Positions 8,453 to 18,233 of a stretch of DNA of 32,000 bases are shown here, piece after piece (the stretch's first letter is position 1; each line of letters begins with the position of its first letter). The notes below the pieces were generated by a model. It saw only the letters and a program-made list of their open reading frames with translations, was not told the origin of the DNA and searched no databases. Source of the DNA: Chryseolinea sp. (lineage in GTDB: Bacteria; Bacteroidota; Bacteroidia; Cytophagales; Cyclobacteriaceae); contig JAYVSJ010000137.1 in the NCBI GenBank assembly GCA_043775455.1, forward strand, positions 12,317 to 44,316, read 5' to 3'. The translations under genes and the position numbers were made by a program.

Positions 8453-9505
8453 ATGGTTAACAAATCAATTTCCGCTTTCATGAAATATTTATTGCCACTC
8501 TTACTATTAATCAGTGTAGTGGCAAAATTACCGGCACAGAAATTATTGTTGCCAGAACCTGTTACAAACCAATCGTCTGTTGCTTTGCAACAAAATGAGA
8601 CTTCCTTTCTTTACACATTCTATGGAGTGGATCAAACAAAGAAATGGTCTGGAGTGCACAACAAAGTTTTCCGAATCAATTTATCATCGGGCGAAGCGAA
8701 ACAAATACAAAATATCCCAGACTCATTGGGAAGATTAGCATCTTCAGCAAGTGCTATTAAAAACAAGGCTTATATAGCAGGTGGTTATGCTGTTCTGGAA
8801 AACGGAAAAGAAAAATCATCGAAACAACTATTTATTTTTAATCCACAAACCGAACGTTTTACAAAAGGCGATGATTTGCTTATCCCCATTGATGATCACA
8901 TTCAATCCGTGTGGCGAGATAGTTTACTTTATCTTGTTAGTGGCTGGAGTGATTCTTTGAATGTGAGAACGGTTCAGGTATACAATCCAAATACCAATCA
9001 TTGGGAGTTCGCAACATCATTACCGGATGAAAAAACGGCAGCTGTATTTGGGGGAAGCGGAATGATTGTGGGTGATACGATTTATATTTTGGGTGGAGCC
9101 GTGTTTGAAAAATTCTATCCACCGTCAAAATCTTTTTTCAAAGGTGTGATCAATCCAACATATCCAACAGAAATAAAATGGATTCACGCTGGAGAATATC
9201 CGGGTGAGTTTCGTTATAGAAGTGCGGCATTTTACAATGGAAATAAAATATACTTCTTTGGTGGCAGTAACGAAACATATAACTACAATGGAATTTCCTA
9301 TTTAGAGAAGAAGCCTGTTGAGCCGAACAAAACAATTTTGATTTACAATTTAATGTCTGGAAAATTTTCAGTTAAGAAGAGTAAAGAGAAAATCATGGAT
9401 CTTCGAAACGTTGTTCGGACAACACATAACAAATTTTACGTTGCTGGTGGAATGCTCGAGAAACAAAAATTAAGTAAAAAGATTATTCAACTTGCCATTG
9501 AATAA
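8453..9505 (+). CDS. Kelch-repeat beta-propeller protein (NanM/YjhT-like fold), secreted
   Basis: 350 aa. The signal peptide starts at the second Met (MKYLLPLLLLISVVAKLPAQ), so the true start may be 8480. Recurrent Kelch signatures: AYIAGGY, LYLVSGW, IYILGG, IYFFGG, FYVAGG. Confidence 0.75.
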   Translation: MVNKSISAFMKYLLPLLLLISVVAKLPAQKLLLPEPVTNQSSVALQQNETSFLYTFYGVDQTKKWSGVHNKVFRINLSSGEAKQIQNIPDSLGRLASSASAIKNKAYIAGGYAVLENGKEKSSKQLFIFNPQTERFTKGDDLLIPIDDHIQSVWRDSLLYLVSGWSDSLNVRTVQVYNPNTNHWEFATSLPDEKTAAVFGGSGMIVGDTIYILGGAVFEKFYPPSKSFFKGVINPTYPTEIKWIHAGEYPGEFRYRSAAFYNGNKIYFFGGSNETYNYNGISYLEKKPVEPNKTILIYNLMSGKFSVKKSKEKIMDLRNVVRTTHNKFYVAGGMLEKQKLSKKIIQLAIE

Positions 9506-9548
9506 TCTTTTTACTAATTGCATTAATCGATATTGATTATCAAGAAAT

Positions 9549-10829
9549 CTATACGAACGGCTGGCTGATGGATACACTAGGTTGTGAAAACCACTTTGGT
9601 CCTTCCGCTGTCATGTAAGCACAATCTTCTAAGCGAACACCAAATTCACCAACGATCGAAATATTTGGTTCAACACTGAAACACATTCCGGGTTGCAATA
9701 GTAGCTTGTTTCCTTTTACCATGTTACCCCATTCATGTCCATCCATTCCAATACCATGACCGGTTCGATGGGGCAATCCTGGTAATTTATATCCGGGACC
9801 AAATCCAGCATCTGTCAAAACCTTGCGTGCAGCAGCATCGACTTCTTCACACGCTGCGTTAATTCTAGCCGCTGCAAATCCTGCCGCTTGTGCCTTTTGT
9901 TCGAGATTCCATATTTCCACTTGTCGTGTGGTTGGCTCCGCTCCAAATACAATCGTTCTACTAATGTCGGAACAATAACCTTCCACGCTACATCCACAAT
10001 CCATTAAGACAATATCACCTTTTTTTAACTTTTGAGGTTGAACACTACCATGAGGGAATGCAGAGGCTTCACCAAAATTAACCATTGCGAAATCTGGAGA
10101 ACCCCCAAATTGTAGATGAGCTTCTGTAACGATGGTAGAAAAATCATTTGGCGACATGCCTTCTTTTAATCTACTAATTCCAATTTTGATTGCGGCAACC
10201 GTTATATCATTTGCCTTTTGCATTAAGGCAATTTCAGCTGCTGACTTGATTAAACGAGACGAAACACTTACTGGATCTCCACTTACATAATTTAGATAAG
10301 ACGCTTCCTTCCGTATTCCATCTAAAATAAAAAACCGGAGGCGTTCTTCAATTCCAATGTTACCAGATTGAATTCCACAATCTTTAAATGCACTCGCTAT
10401 TTTTTGGTATGGACTTTCATCTTCTTCCCAAGCATAAACATCTTTCCCAATTTTTATTAATTCCCGAAGACGGGGCTCTTCAAACGCAGGACAAACATAG
10501 CGAATGTCGCCCCTTGCAGGAATAATGGCAACCAAAGTTCGTTCGCTTGGCCACCAGCTAATGCCGGTAAAATATTTCATTGAAGTGCCAGCATCGAGAA
10601 CCAAGGCTTGCATTTTTGATTCTATCAGTAATCGTTGTGCCTTTTCAATTCTTAAATTTCTTTCCTCCAATGTTATCGGAATTATATTTGCGGTCATGGA
10701 TTCAAATTTATCCGTAACAGCCGCCTTATGTTGCGTATTTTCTGTAGTACAAGAATTCAGACTACCGATTACACTTGTACCTGCTGCCAGAGTGGAAAGT
10801 TGAAGGAAGTTTCTTCTATTCAAATTCAT
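9549..10829 (-). CDS. M24 family metallopeptidase (Xaa-Pro peptidase/creatinase-like) with Tat signal
   Basis: 426 aa. Twin-arginine motif NRRNFLQ is followed by LNSC (lipobox-like). M24 metal ligand contexts: DCGCSVEGYCSDISRT, HRTGHGIGMDGHE, FSVEP, VRLED. Confidence 0.9.
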   Translation of the reverse strand: MNLNRRNFLQLSTLAAGTSVIGSLNSCTTENTQHKAAVTDKFESMTANIIPITLEERNLRIEKAQRLLIESKMQALVLDAGTSMKYFTGISWWPSERTLVAIIPARGDIRYVCPAFEEPRLRELIKIGKDVYAWEEDESPYQKIASAFKDCGIQSGNIGIEERLRFFILDGIRKEASYLNYVSGDPVSVSSRLIKSAAEIALMQKANDITVAAIKIGISRLKEGMSPNDFSTIVTEAHLQFGGSPDFAMVNFGEASAFPHGSVQPQKLKKGDIVLMDCGCSVEGYCSDISRTIVFGAEPTTRQVEIWNLEQKAQAAGFAAARINAACEEVDAAARKVLTDAGFGPGYKLPGLPHRTGHGIGMDGHEWGNMVKGNKLLLQPGMCFSVEPNISIVGEFGVRLEDCAYMTAEGPKWFSQPSVSISQPFV

Positions 10830-10924
10830 AATGAGAATATTTAATTTTGTATTAAGTGATGAACAAGTTAATCACATTATCATCACTAACTTCAAATGAT
10901 GATACTAATTGAGAATTAATTTAT

Positions 10925-11014
10925 TAATGTCGTTGACGTAAGCTCAGCTGACATCCTCTCTTCTGGAGAGGAACGATGTGAGGCCATGAAGAAAGGCTTA
11001 CGTTAAATACATTG
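10925..11014 (+). repeat. Palindromic intergenic element, copy C
   Basis: About 89% identical to copy B by hand alignment (10 differences in 90). Left arm aatgtcgttgacgtaagc (10926-10943), right arm gcttacgttaaatacatt (10996-11013, 15/18 complementary). Same core and the same hairpin tcctctc-ttctg-gagagga (10954-10972). Confidence 0.8.
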
Positions 11015-11020
11015 ATAAAT

Positions 11021-14000
11021 TTATACCGATTTCATAAAATCTTCCTTCAATACTTTCGTGATTGAATCCAATAGAAAATCAGCATCGTTTTTTGAGAACA
11101 CCATAGGTGGTTTTATTTTCAACACATTATCAAATGGTCCGTCTGTACTCATTAGAATTCCTTTGTCGCGCATGCGATTAGCAAAATAAGAAGCTTGTTC
11201 TGTGGCCGGCTCTTTTGTTGCTCTATTCTTCACCAACTCAAAACCAATAAACAAACCTGGCCCGCGAACATCTCCAATAATTTGAAAATCTTTCATTAAC
11301 GATCGAAGTCCGGCTTTCAAATAATCACCTACTATTTTTGCGTTTTGTTGAAGATGCTCATCTTTAATAACGCGCAATACTTCGAGTCCAATGACGCATG
11401 AAACCGGATTGCCGCCAAACGTATTGAAATATTCCATTCCATTTTTGAAAGCATCCGCCAAGGCTTGCGTGGTGACAACAACACCAAGAGGATGTCCATT
11501 GCCGATGGGTTTTCCAATCGTTACAATATCCGGAACCACTTCATGTTCTTGAAAAGCCCAGAAGTGATCGCCCGAACGACCGCATCCGGTCTGCACTTCA
11601 TCTGCCACACAAACTCCTCCGGCAGCACGAACATATTGGTATGCTTCTTTCAAAAAATTCTTCGGCAACTCTACCTGGCCACCACAACTAATTACCGATT
11701 CAAAAATCAGCGCTGCAGGCTTTTTATTTTCAGCTTGCATTTTTTCAATTGCCATCTTTACATGATTGGCATACTTACTTCCTGCTTCTTTATCGTCAGC
11801 TCGGTATAATCCACGATAGGTATCCGGAATAGGAATGACATGAATATGTGGCAGCTTACCTTTACCTCCCTTACCATCAAACTTATACGAACTGATTTCA
11901 ACACATCCATTCGTATTGCCATGATAGCCAACTTCCGACACGATCATGTCTTTTTGATTCGTGTAATTCTTTGCAATTCTCATCGCGAGCTCATTGGCTT
12001 CGCTGCCAGAGTTAACCATAAACGCCACATTCAATTCAGGTGGCATGGTTGAAATTAACTCTTCGACAAACTTCACCATGTTCTCGTGAAGGTAGCGCGT
12101 GTTCGTGTTGAGCACGGCCATTTGTCTTTGTCCCGCTTCTACTACTCGCGAATGCTCATGACCAACATGCGCCACGTTGTTTACGGTATCTAAGTATCGT
12201 CTTCCCTGATCATCGATCAGGTATTGGCCATTACCGCGCACCATCTTAATCGGTTCGCGATACGAAATACTCAAATTCTTTCCTACATGTTGTTTACGGA
12301 AAGAAACAATTTCTTCTTTTGTTAATGAAGATGGCGAAGATGAATTCTTACCGGTTAACAAAAACCATGGATCGGGACAAATACTTTTCCAAATGCGAAG
12401 GTGATGCGGTAAACAAACTCCAGGAAAATCACCTTGCTTATTCAACATGTCCAGCATCACTTGAAAGTGAAGATGCGGAGGCCAATTGCCATTCTCATAT
12501 CGATCTCCAATTTGTGCGATAATTTCGCCAGCCTTTATCGATTGACCAACGATAAGACTTTTTAAAGAGTCTGTATTTAAATGTCCGTAGAGTGTGTAGA
12601 AGGTAAGATCATCGGAAATCTTATGTTCTAAAATTATCGTTGGTCCATAATCTCGTTCCGCGGTGTTATTTGCAAAGCTGTGAATGGTTCCATTCCATAC
12701 TGCACGAACAGGAGTACCTACACCACAGAAAAAATCCAATCCAATATGAATGGTTCTCCATTGCGGTCCGTCATTTCCTTCTGATTGAAATGCTGGTGTT
12801 GAATAGATTGCTCTTGCTTCATTGTATCTTCCTAATGATACCGTGACTTTATTCTTTCGCATCAGCAATAAGATTTGCTCATCAAACTTATCTGCATCGA
12901 GCACATCGCGCATGTTTCCAAGATCAAGGCTGCCGACACTCAGATCAAGCCAATTGTAATTTTCTATTTCGATGGGTGATACAATCTGAATATGATGACC
13001 AGAAACCCAATTCTCAAAATCATTCTCATGTGGACAAGGCTTTAGTCCACACGCTTCGCGAAAACAATATTCAGCGAATGCAGGTGAAACGTTTTTTAAT
13101 TTTTCCAACAGTTCCCAGGCAGGTTTATCACTGATCTGCAGATAAGTATTCTCAGGATGGTCCAATCGATTGAGCTCTGCACAGGTAACGCTGATTATAA
13201 GTCTGGCTGTTGTTAAGGAAAACAAAACTTTCAACTCATCTTCATGAAGTTTGAATTTATTGTTGAAGCCTCTAACAACATCACACGCGGCTTGGATCGG
13301 ATCCGGTTTATCCATCATAGCATAAGCCAAAGCAACAGCGAGCTCATTGACAGTTTGCGTATATACTAAATCACCAAAATCAATCACGCCTGGAACAATG
13401 GGATCTTTCTGATCATGACTGACCAATACATTGTAGTCATTGGCATCATTGTAGTTTATACTCTTCCGCAGGTTCAGAAAATACGGTAGTGCTTGTTGCT
13501 CAAATAAGGAATAAAAATATTCAACTAACTCTTTTCGCTGATTTATAAATTTAGACAGATGTGGTTTGATCCATTCAGTTTGCTGAGGATCCCATTTCAT
13601 AAAACGATGTGCTGCCGGATGATCAAAATCTGCCAGCGACAAACACACGTTTCCGCACATTTCACCAAGTCGTTCTAACAACAACGATGATTGTGGATTG
13701 GCTGACGCAAACGGGCGACCATCGATCCACGTTAGCAATCGGACAAATCTCAATTTGCCTTTATCTCGGATAACATGAATTGTTTTTTCATCCTTTGTTC
13801 TAACAATAGAAGAAACCTGAAGGTTAAAACTCTTCGTAGAGAAGTGTTCCATCACGGCACTTTGTAGTTCAAGGTTCTCCAACTTCTCATCGGATCCCGC
13901 GATCTTCAAAATATATTGTTTGCCGTCTGAATTCAATACATGATAATTCAAGTCAATTTCACCCGGTAACGATTTTACTTTGGCCTGAAACCCATAGTAT

Positions 14001-14038
14001 GTACTCAGTAATTCGCAGAGGTATGGATATGAAAACAT
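11021..14038 (-). CDS. Tri-domain fusion: APH/hydroxylysine-kinase-like phosphotransferase, M23 peptidase domain, and class-III (ETNPPL/PHYKPL-like) PLP enzyme
   Basis: 1005 aa. The N-terminal third has kinase motifs [10 protein letters not shown] and VIDFGD. The middle has M23 zinc motifs HIGLD and PPHLHFQV. The C-terminal ~430 aa has class-III aminotransferase motifs [25 protein letters not shown] and the PLP-lysine context [11 protein letters not shown]. Confidence 0.85.
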   Translation of the reverse strand: MFSYPYLCELLSTYYGFQAKVKSLPGEIDLNYHVLNSDGKQYILKIAGSDEKLENLELQSAVMEHFSTKSFNLQVSSIVRTKDEKTIHVIRDKGKLRFVRLLTWIDGRPFASANPQSSLLLERLGEMCGNVCLSLADFDHPAAHRFMKWDPQQTEWIKPHLSKFINQRKELVEYFYSLFEQQALPYFLNLRKSINYNDANDYNVLVSHDQKDPIVPGVIDFGDLVYTQTVNELAVALAYAMMDKPDPIQAACDVVRGFNNKFKLHEDELKVLFSLTTARLIISVTCAELNRLDHPENTYLQISDKPAWELLEKLKNVSPAFAEYCFREACGLKPCPHENDFENWVSGHHIQIVSPIEIENYNWLDLSVGSLDLGNMRDVLDADKFDEQILLLMRKNKVTVSLGRYNEARAIYSTPAFQSEGNDGPQWRTIHIGLDFFCGVGTPVRAVWNGTIHSFANNTAERDYGPTIILEHKISDDLTFYTLYGHLNTDSLKSLIVGQSIKAGEIIAQIGDRYENGNWPPHLHFQVMLDMLNKQGDFPGVCLPHHLRIWKSICPDPWFLLTGKNSSSPSSLTKEEIVSFRKQHVGKNLSISYREPIKMVRGNGQYLIDDQGRRYLDTVNNVAHVGHEHSRVVEAGQRQMAVLNTNTRYLHENMVKFVEELISTMPPELNVAFMVNSGSEANELAMRIAKNYTNQKDMIVSEVGYHGNTNGCVEISSYKFDGKGGKGKLPHIHVIPIPDTYRGLYRADDKEAGSKYANHVKMAIEKMQAENKKPAALIFESVISCGGQVELPKNFLKEAYQYVRAAGGVCVADEVQTGCGRSGDHFWAFQEHEVVPDIVTIGKPIGNGHPLGVVVTTQALADAFKNGMEYFNTFGGNPVSCVIGLEVLRVIKDEHLQQNAKIVGDYLKAGLRSLMKDFQIIGDVRGPGLFIGFELVKNRATKEPATEQASYFANRMRDKGILMSTDGPFDNVLKIKPPMVFSKNDADFLLDSITKVLKEDFMKSV

Positions 14039-14225
14039 GCAATAAGATTGTCTATTGGTTATTGATGCACAAATAACATATTATGATCTGTATCATCAAG
14101 CATTTTTATTTCAATATCCAAATATTTCAATAAACCTAAATTCGGAGTCTAGGCTTAAAATTGAATCGAAAGTTGGAGCCAAAAAGATAATGTGCTTACC
14201 TTGTTGATGTTTTTTAAATGCAAAA

Positions 14226-14939
14226 ATGAAGAATAAACATCACACGGAAATTTTATCATTAATTCAGAAAAATGCTAAGCAAGCAACAAAGCATACTTAC
14301 TTAGATAATTATTTGGGTACAACCCATCCACGGTATCCTATAAAAATTCCATTACTCCGAATCATTGCCAAGGATTGGATGCGTGAACATTCCGAATTAA
14401 CGGCCATTACTTTTTCAACACTCCTTACATCACTATTAAAAGGAGAATCCTCAACGGAAAAATGCATGGCAGGAATTCTGTTGGATTACTCAACGAAAGA
14501 GCAACGGCAATTCAATATTAAACTTTTTGATTCATGGTTAAATGAACTGGAAGGCTGGGCAGAAATTGATTCATTGTGTACCAGCAAATACACCACAACT
14601 GAAATTGTAAATCAATGGGAAAGTTGGGAGCCCTTGTTAAAGAAATTCTCAACCAGCAAAAACATCAACAAACGAAGAGCATCGATTGTGTTATTATGTT
14701 CTCCTCTTCGAAATCATAAAGACAAGGTACTTGCAGAATGTGCTCTCGAAAACATAGAGCGGCTAAAAAGTGAAAAGGATATTTTGATAACCAAAGCCAT
14801 TTCGTGGGTGCTGCGCAACATGATCAAGCATCATAGGAAAACAGTAGAAAGTTACATTAAAGAAAATATTACTAGTCTACCACTGATTGCCTTGCGAGAA
14901 ACAGGAGTGAAATTAAAAACGGGAAGGAAGAGTGGCTAA
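14226..14939 (+). CDS. DNA alkylation repair protein (AlkD-like HEAT-repeat family)
   Basis: 237 aa. Family-typical segments: WAEIDSLC, NKRRASIVLL, KAISWVLRNMIKHH. Confidence 0.75.
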   Translation: MKNKHHTEILSLIQKNAKQATKHTYLDNYLGTTHPRYPIKIPLLRIIAKDWMREHSELTAITFSTLLTSLLKGESSTEKCMAGILLDYSTKEQRQFNIKLFDSWLNELEGWAEIDSLCTSKYTTTEIVNQWESWEPLLKKFSTSKNINKRRASIVLLCSPLRNHKDKVLAECALENIERLKSEKDILITKAISWVLRNMIKHHRKTVESYIKENITSLPLIALRETGVKLKTGRKSG

Positions 14940-14952
14940 CCGATAATGCTTA

Positions 14953-14974
14953 CATGTTAATAGTCTTAAACATG
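14953..14974. terminator. Weak AT-rich hairpin between convergent genes (possible bidirectional terminator)
   Basis: catgttaa-tagtc-ttaaacatg, an 8-bp stem with a 1-nt bulge. It lies 14 nt after the AlkD-like stop and about 136 nt after the RND stop. There is no clear U tract. Confidence 0.3.
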
Positions 14975-15109
14975 AATTGAATTTGTGAAAAAATAAGAAC
15001 ATTAAATCTTCACATCATCAGGCGAAAACTTCTATGCAGATGTTCATTCCAAATATTATAATTCATATGAGCATTGACGAAATCTCTTGATGAAAAGAAA
15101 AACCTCATC

Positions 15110-18100
15110 TCACCTTATTCGATAAAGAACTCTGATCATACTTGGAAACACCAACAACAACAAAGGAAGCCCTGCAAGAAAACCACCGATCACCGCGATA
15201 GCAAGTGGTTGCTGCATTTGTGCGCCAAGACCAATGCCCAACGCCAATGGCATCAACGCTAAGATCGCACCAATGGCGGTCATTAATTTGGGGCGGATCC
15301 GTAATGCAATTGCATAGTTTATGGATTGATCAACATCGTTTGTCAAAATCATATTCTGCTTAAATTGATTAACAGTGAAAATAGCATTCTCCGCAATGAT
15401 TCCGACAATCATAATGATACCGGTGTAACTACTTACGTTCAAAGGTATCCCTGCAAAATATAATGCCAGTATACAACCGCTTATTGCGGCTACCGAAATG
15501 AATAAAATCAAAATCGATATTCGCCATTCCTTAAAGAGAAACATCAACACAGCAAAGACGAACAAGATTGCCATACTCAATATGGTCAGTAATTCTTTAA
15601 AAGATTGTTGTTGCTCCGCATAAGCTCCAGCATACGAAATGGAATAACCTTGCGGCAACGCCAATTCCTCTCCTAGTTTTCTCTGAATATCTTTTATGGC
15701 ACTACCTAAATCACGATTGTCCAATCGTGCAGTAAGGATTACTGCCGACTTCAAATCCTCTCTGCGATATTCAATTTCTCCTGGAATTATTTTTACATCA
15801 CAGAAAAATGATAGTGGTCTTGTTGTTCCATCAGGCAAAAAAATCAATTGTCTTTTTAGTTTTTCTAAATCGTTATCCTGAAAATCAGTAAAGCGTAACA
15901 AGATTCTCCTCATCTGTTCGCCATCCTGAACCTGGCCGACTTGTAAACCGCCAGTCATGGCAGCTTGAAAAGGAGATGGTGTCGGAACATTAGCATTTAA
16001 TCCCAAAGGAACTCCAGCCGTGTAGGTTGTAAGCTGTGTTTGAAAATCAGTTAATGAAATATTATAGAGCAATAATTTTTCCTGATTTGGAAAGAAAATC
16101 ATAGACGGGCCTGCTGTTACCAAGCCATTGTTTATATCAGCAATACCTGGCACTTGTTGCAGAAGTGTATCTGCTTTTCGTGCGAATACCTTTAACACTT
16201 CATAGTTATCTCCGAAGATTTTTATTTCAATAGGTTGTGGTGTGCTCATCAAATCGCCAAGCAGATCTGCGATGCGCTGACCAAACGAGATTTCTTCCAT
16301 TGCAACAACATTACCTTCAATTTCTTTTCGCAGTTCGCTGATCACTTCGTCAGTCGTTTTGGCGCGATCCTTTTTTAATTGAATGGAGTAGTCACCAATG
16401 TTTGTCGGGTCACTCTTAAAGGCCATGTGAATTCCTGTCCTTCGCGAATACGATTCTACATCAGGATGCACCTTAACAATCTTCTCAATCTCTTTGCAAA
16501 TTTCATCGGTCTCTTCCAATGAAGTGCCTGCCGGTGATATGTAATCCAACACAATAGTGCCTTCATCTAATTCGGGCAAGAAACCAGTTTCTAATTTATT
16601 GGAAGCCCACCATGCTGATGAAACCAATGCAACAGCTAACATCATTGCAATGATGGGTTTATTGAAGAACCACGTCAACCATCTCAATCGATTAACCGAA
16701 TCTGACATAGTGTGTTGTGCATGAGGCTTAAGTGAAGCTTTGTAACCAATCATTAAATGCAAAACTGGCAACAACAACCAAGTGACTAAGAAAGAAGTGA
16801 TCATCGTCAACTGCATGGTGTCAGAAAGCTCTCTGAAAAAACTTCCTGCTAATCCGCTCATTAATCGAAATGGAAAATGGATTACGATCGTTGCAAGCGA
16901 TGATCCAACCATGGCAGGAAACAAATCATGGATCGCTTCTTTCACAATCGTGAAGCGATCTTTTTCAGGATGATCTTCATGCCCTCTGTAAATTTGTTCG
17001 ATGATAACAATGGCATCATCGATGATCAAACCGATAGAAGCCGCAATCGCGCCCAGCGACATGATGTTGATGGAGATACCCGCGAGGTACAATACTAAAA
17101 TGGTGAAACAAAGTGTAACGGGAATAGTGAGCATAACCACTAAACTGGATCGCCACGATCTCAGAAATAGTATCATTACAATCAGCGCCAGAAACAGACC
17201 TTCGTAAATTGTTTTTACAACACTGTCTACACTATCTCCAACAAATGCACTTTGATTATAATACGGCTTCAGTTCATATCCCTTTGGCAAAATCTTTTTT
17301 GCTTCAATCGCTCGTGCCTCTACATCTTTCGAAAAATCAATCAGGTTAATTCCAGGCTGTTTTACCAAATCAATCAACACAGCATTGCTTCCATTTGCAT
17401 TGATGATGACAAATTCTTGTTGTTCTTGTACTTCTACTTTGGCAATGTCTTTGACTTTGATAATCCTGTTGCCATCATTTTTTAAAATAAGGTTTTTTAA
17501 TTCTTCAATATCATTCACCCGCGTATCGGTAAGCGAGAGGTAAAGTCTTCTATAATCCGATACATAGCCGTTCGACAAAACAAAATTGTTGTTATTAAAA
17601 GCAGTGATGATATTATTTGTGGTGAGGCCAAGCGCTGAAAGTTTCATGGGATCGGGAATGATAACATAATCTTTCGCACGGCCACCTCGCACCACTACAT
17701 TCGAAATACCTTGCACTTGCGCAAAGACAGGCCGCAAAACTAAATTGGCCTGATCGCGCAACGCCACCTGACCATGATCTTTACTTTCCAATGTATACCC
17801 ATAAACCGGAAAGAGTGATTGGTTCATCGCCTCAATGGAAAGATTTACACCAGGAGGCAAAAAGTTTTTGATCTCGTTTATCCTACTTTCCAATTGTGTT
17901 TTCTTTCCATAGGTATCCAAGCCCCATTGAAAAAAAACATCAATGGTGCAAGTGCCTCGAGTGGTGCTGCTCTTAACGATTGTTACACCTTGTACTCTTT
18001 TCACCGCTGTTTCAATCGGCTTGGTTACTGTAATCATCATCCGGTCAATCGGCAATTGACCTACATCTGCGATGATGGTAATGCGTGGGAATAAAACTTC

Positions 18101-18217
18101 AGGAAATAAATTGGTCTGCATTCGTGTGTACGAAAACAAACCTGCCGCAACCAGTAGAATGGCGACAAACAAAATGGGTTTAGCAAAAACCTGAAAATAA
18201 TTTTTTGATGACATCAT
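15110..18217 (-). CDS. RND efflux transporter permease (AcrB/CzcA superfamily)
   Basis: 1035 aa with a 12-TM, two-large-loop architecture. N-terminal FPEVLFPRITIIADVG...PIETAV and TM4-region IGLIIDDAIVIIE are typical of RND pumps. Confidence 0.95.
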   Translation of the reverse strand: MMSSKNYFQVFAKPILFVAILLVAAGLFSYTRMQTNLFPEVLFPRITIIADVGQLPIDRMMITVTKPIETAVKRVQGVTIVKSSTTRGTCTIDVFFQWGLDTYGKKTQLESRINEIKNFLPPGVNLSIEAMNQSLFPVYGYTLESKDHGQVALRDQANLVLRPVFAQVQGISNVVVRGGRAKDYVIIPDPMKLSALGLTTNNIITAFNNNNFVLSNGYVSDYRRLYLSLTDTRVNDIEELKNLILKNDGNRIIKVKDIAKVEVQEQQEFVIINANGSNAVLIDLVKQPGINLIDFSKDVEARAIEAKKILPKGYELKPYYNQSAFVGDSVDSVVKTIYEGLFLALIVMILFLRSWRSSLVVMLTIPVTLCFTILVLYLAGISINIMSLGAIAASIGLIIDDAIVIIEQIYRGHEDHPEKDRFTIVKEAIHDLFPAMVGSSLATIVIHFPFRLMSGLAGSFFRELSDTMQLTMITSFLVTWLLLPVLHLMIGYKASLKPHAQHTMSDSVNRLRWLTWFFNKPIIAMMLAVALVSSAWWASNKLETGFLPELDEGTIVLDYISPAGTSLEETDEICKEIEKIVKVHPDVESYSRRTGIHMAFKSDPTNIGDYSIQLKKDRAKTTDEVISELRKEIEGNVVAMEEISFGQRIADLLGDLMSTPQPIEIKIFGDNYEVLKVFARKADTLLQQVPGIADINNGLVTAGPSMIFFPNQEKLLLYNISLTDFQTQLTTYTAGVPLGLNANVPTPSPFQAAMTGGLQVGQVQDGEQMRRILLRFTDFQDNDLEKLKRQLIFLPDGTTRPLSFFCDVKIIPGEIEYRREDLKSAVILTARLDNRDLGSAIKDIQRKLGEELALPQGYSISYAGAYAEQQQSFKELLTILSMAILFVFAVLMFLFKEWRISILILFISVAAISGCILALYFAGIPLNVSSYTGIIMIVGIIAENAIFTVNQFKQNMILTNDVDQSINYAIALRIRPKLMTAIGAILALMPLALGIGLGAQMQQPLAIAVIGGFLAGLPLLLLVFPSMIRVLYRIR

Positions 18218-18233
18218 TATCCGTAATCAGGTT

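Noticed and set aside
4415-11014. The idea that the palindromic elements are integron attC sites marking gene cassettes.
   Set aside because: The arms read GTTGAC...GTCAAC. That is the opposite order from the attC R''(RYYYAAC)...R'(GTTRRRY) arrangement, and copy A lacks these motifs altogether. No IntI-type integrase or attI is present, and the bracketed genes include the core-metabolism operon nadA-nadB.
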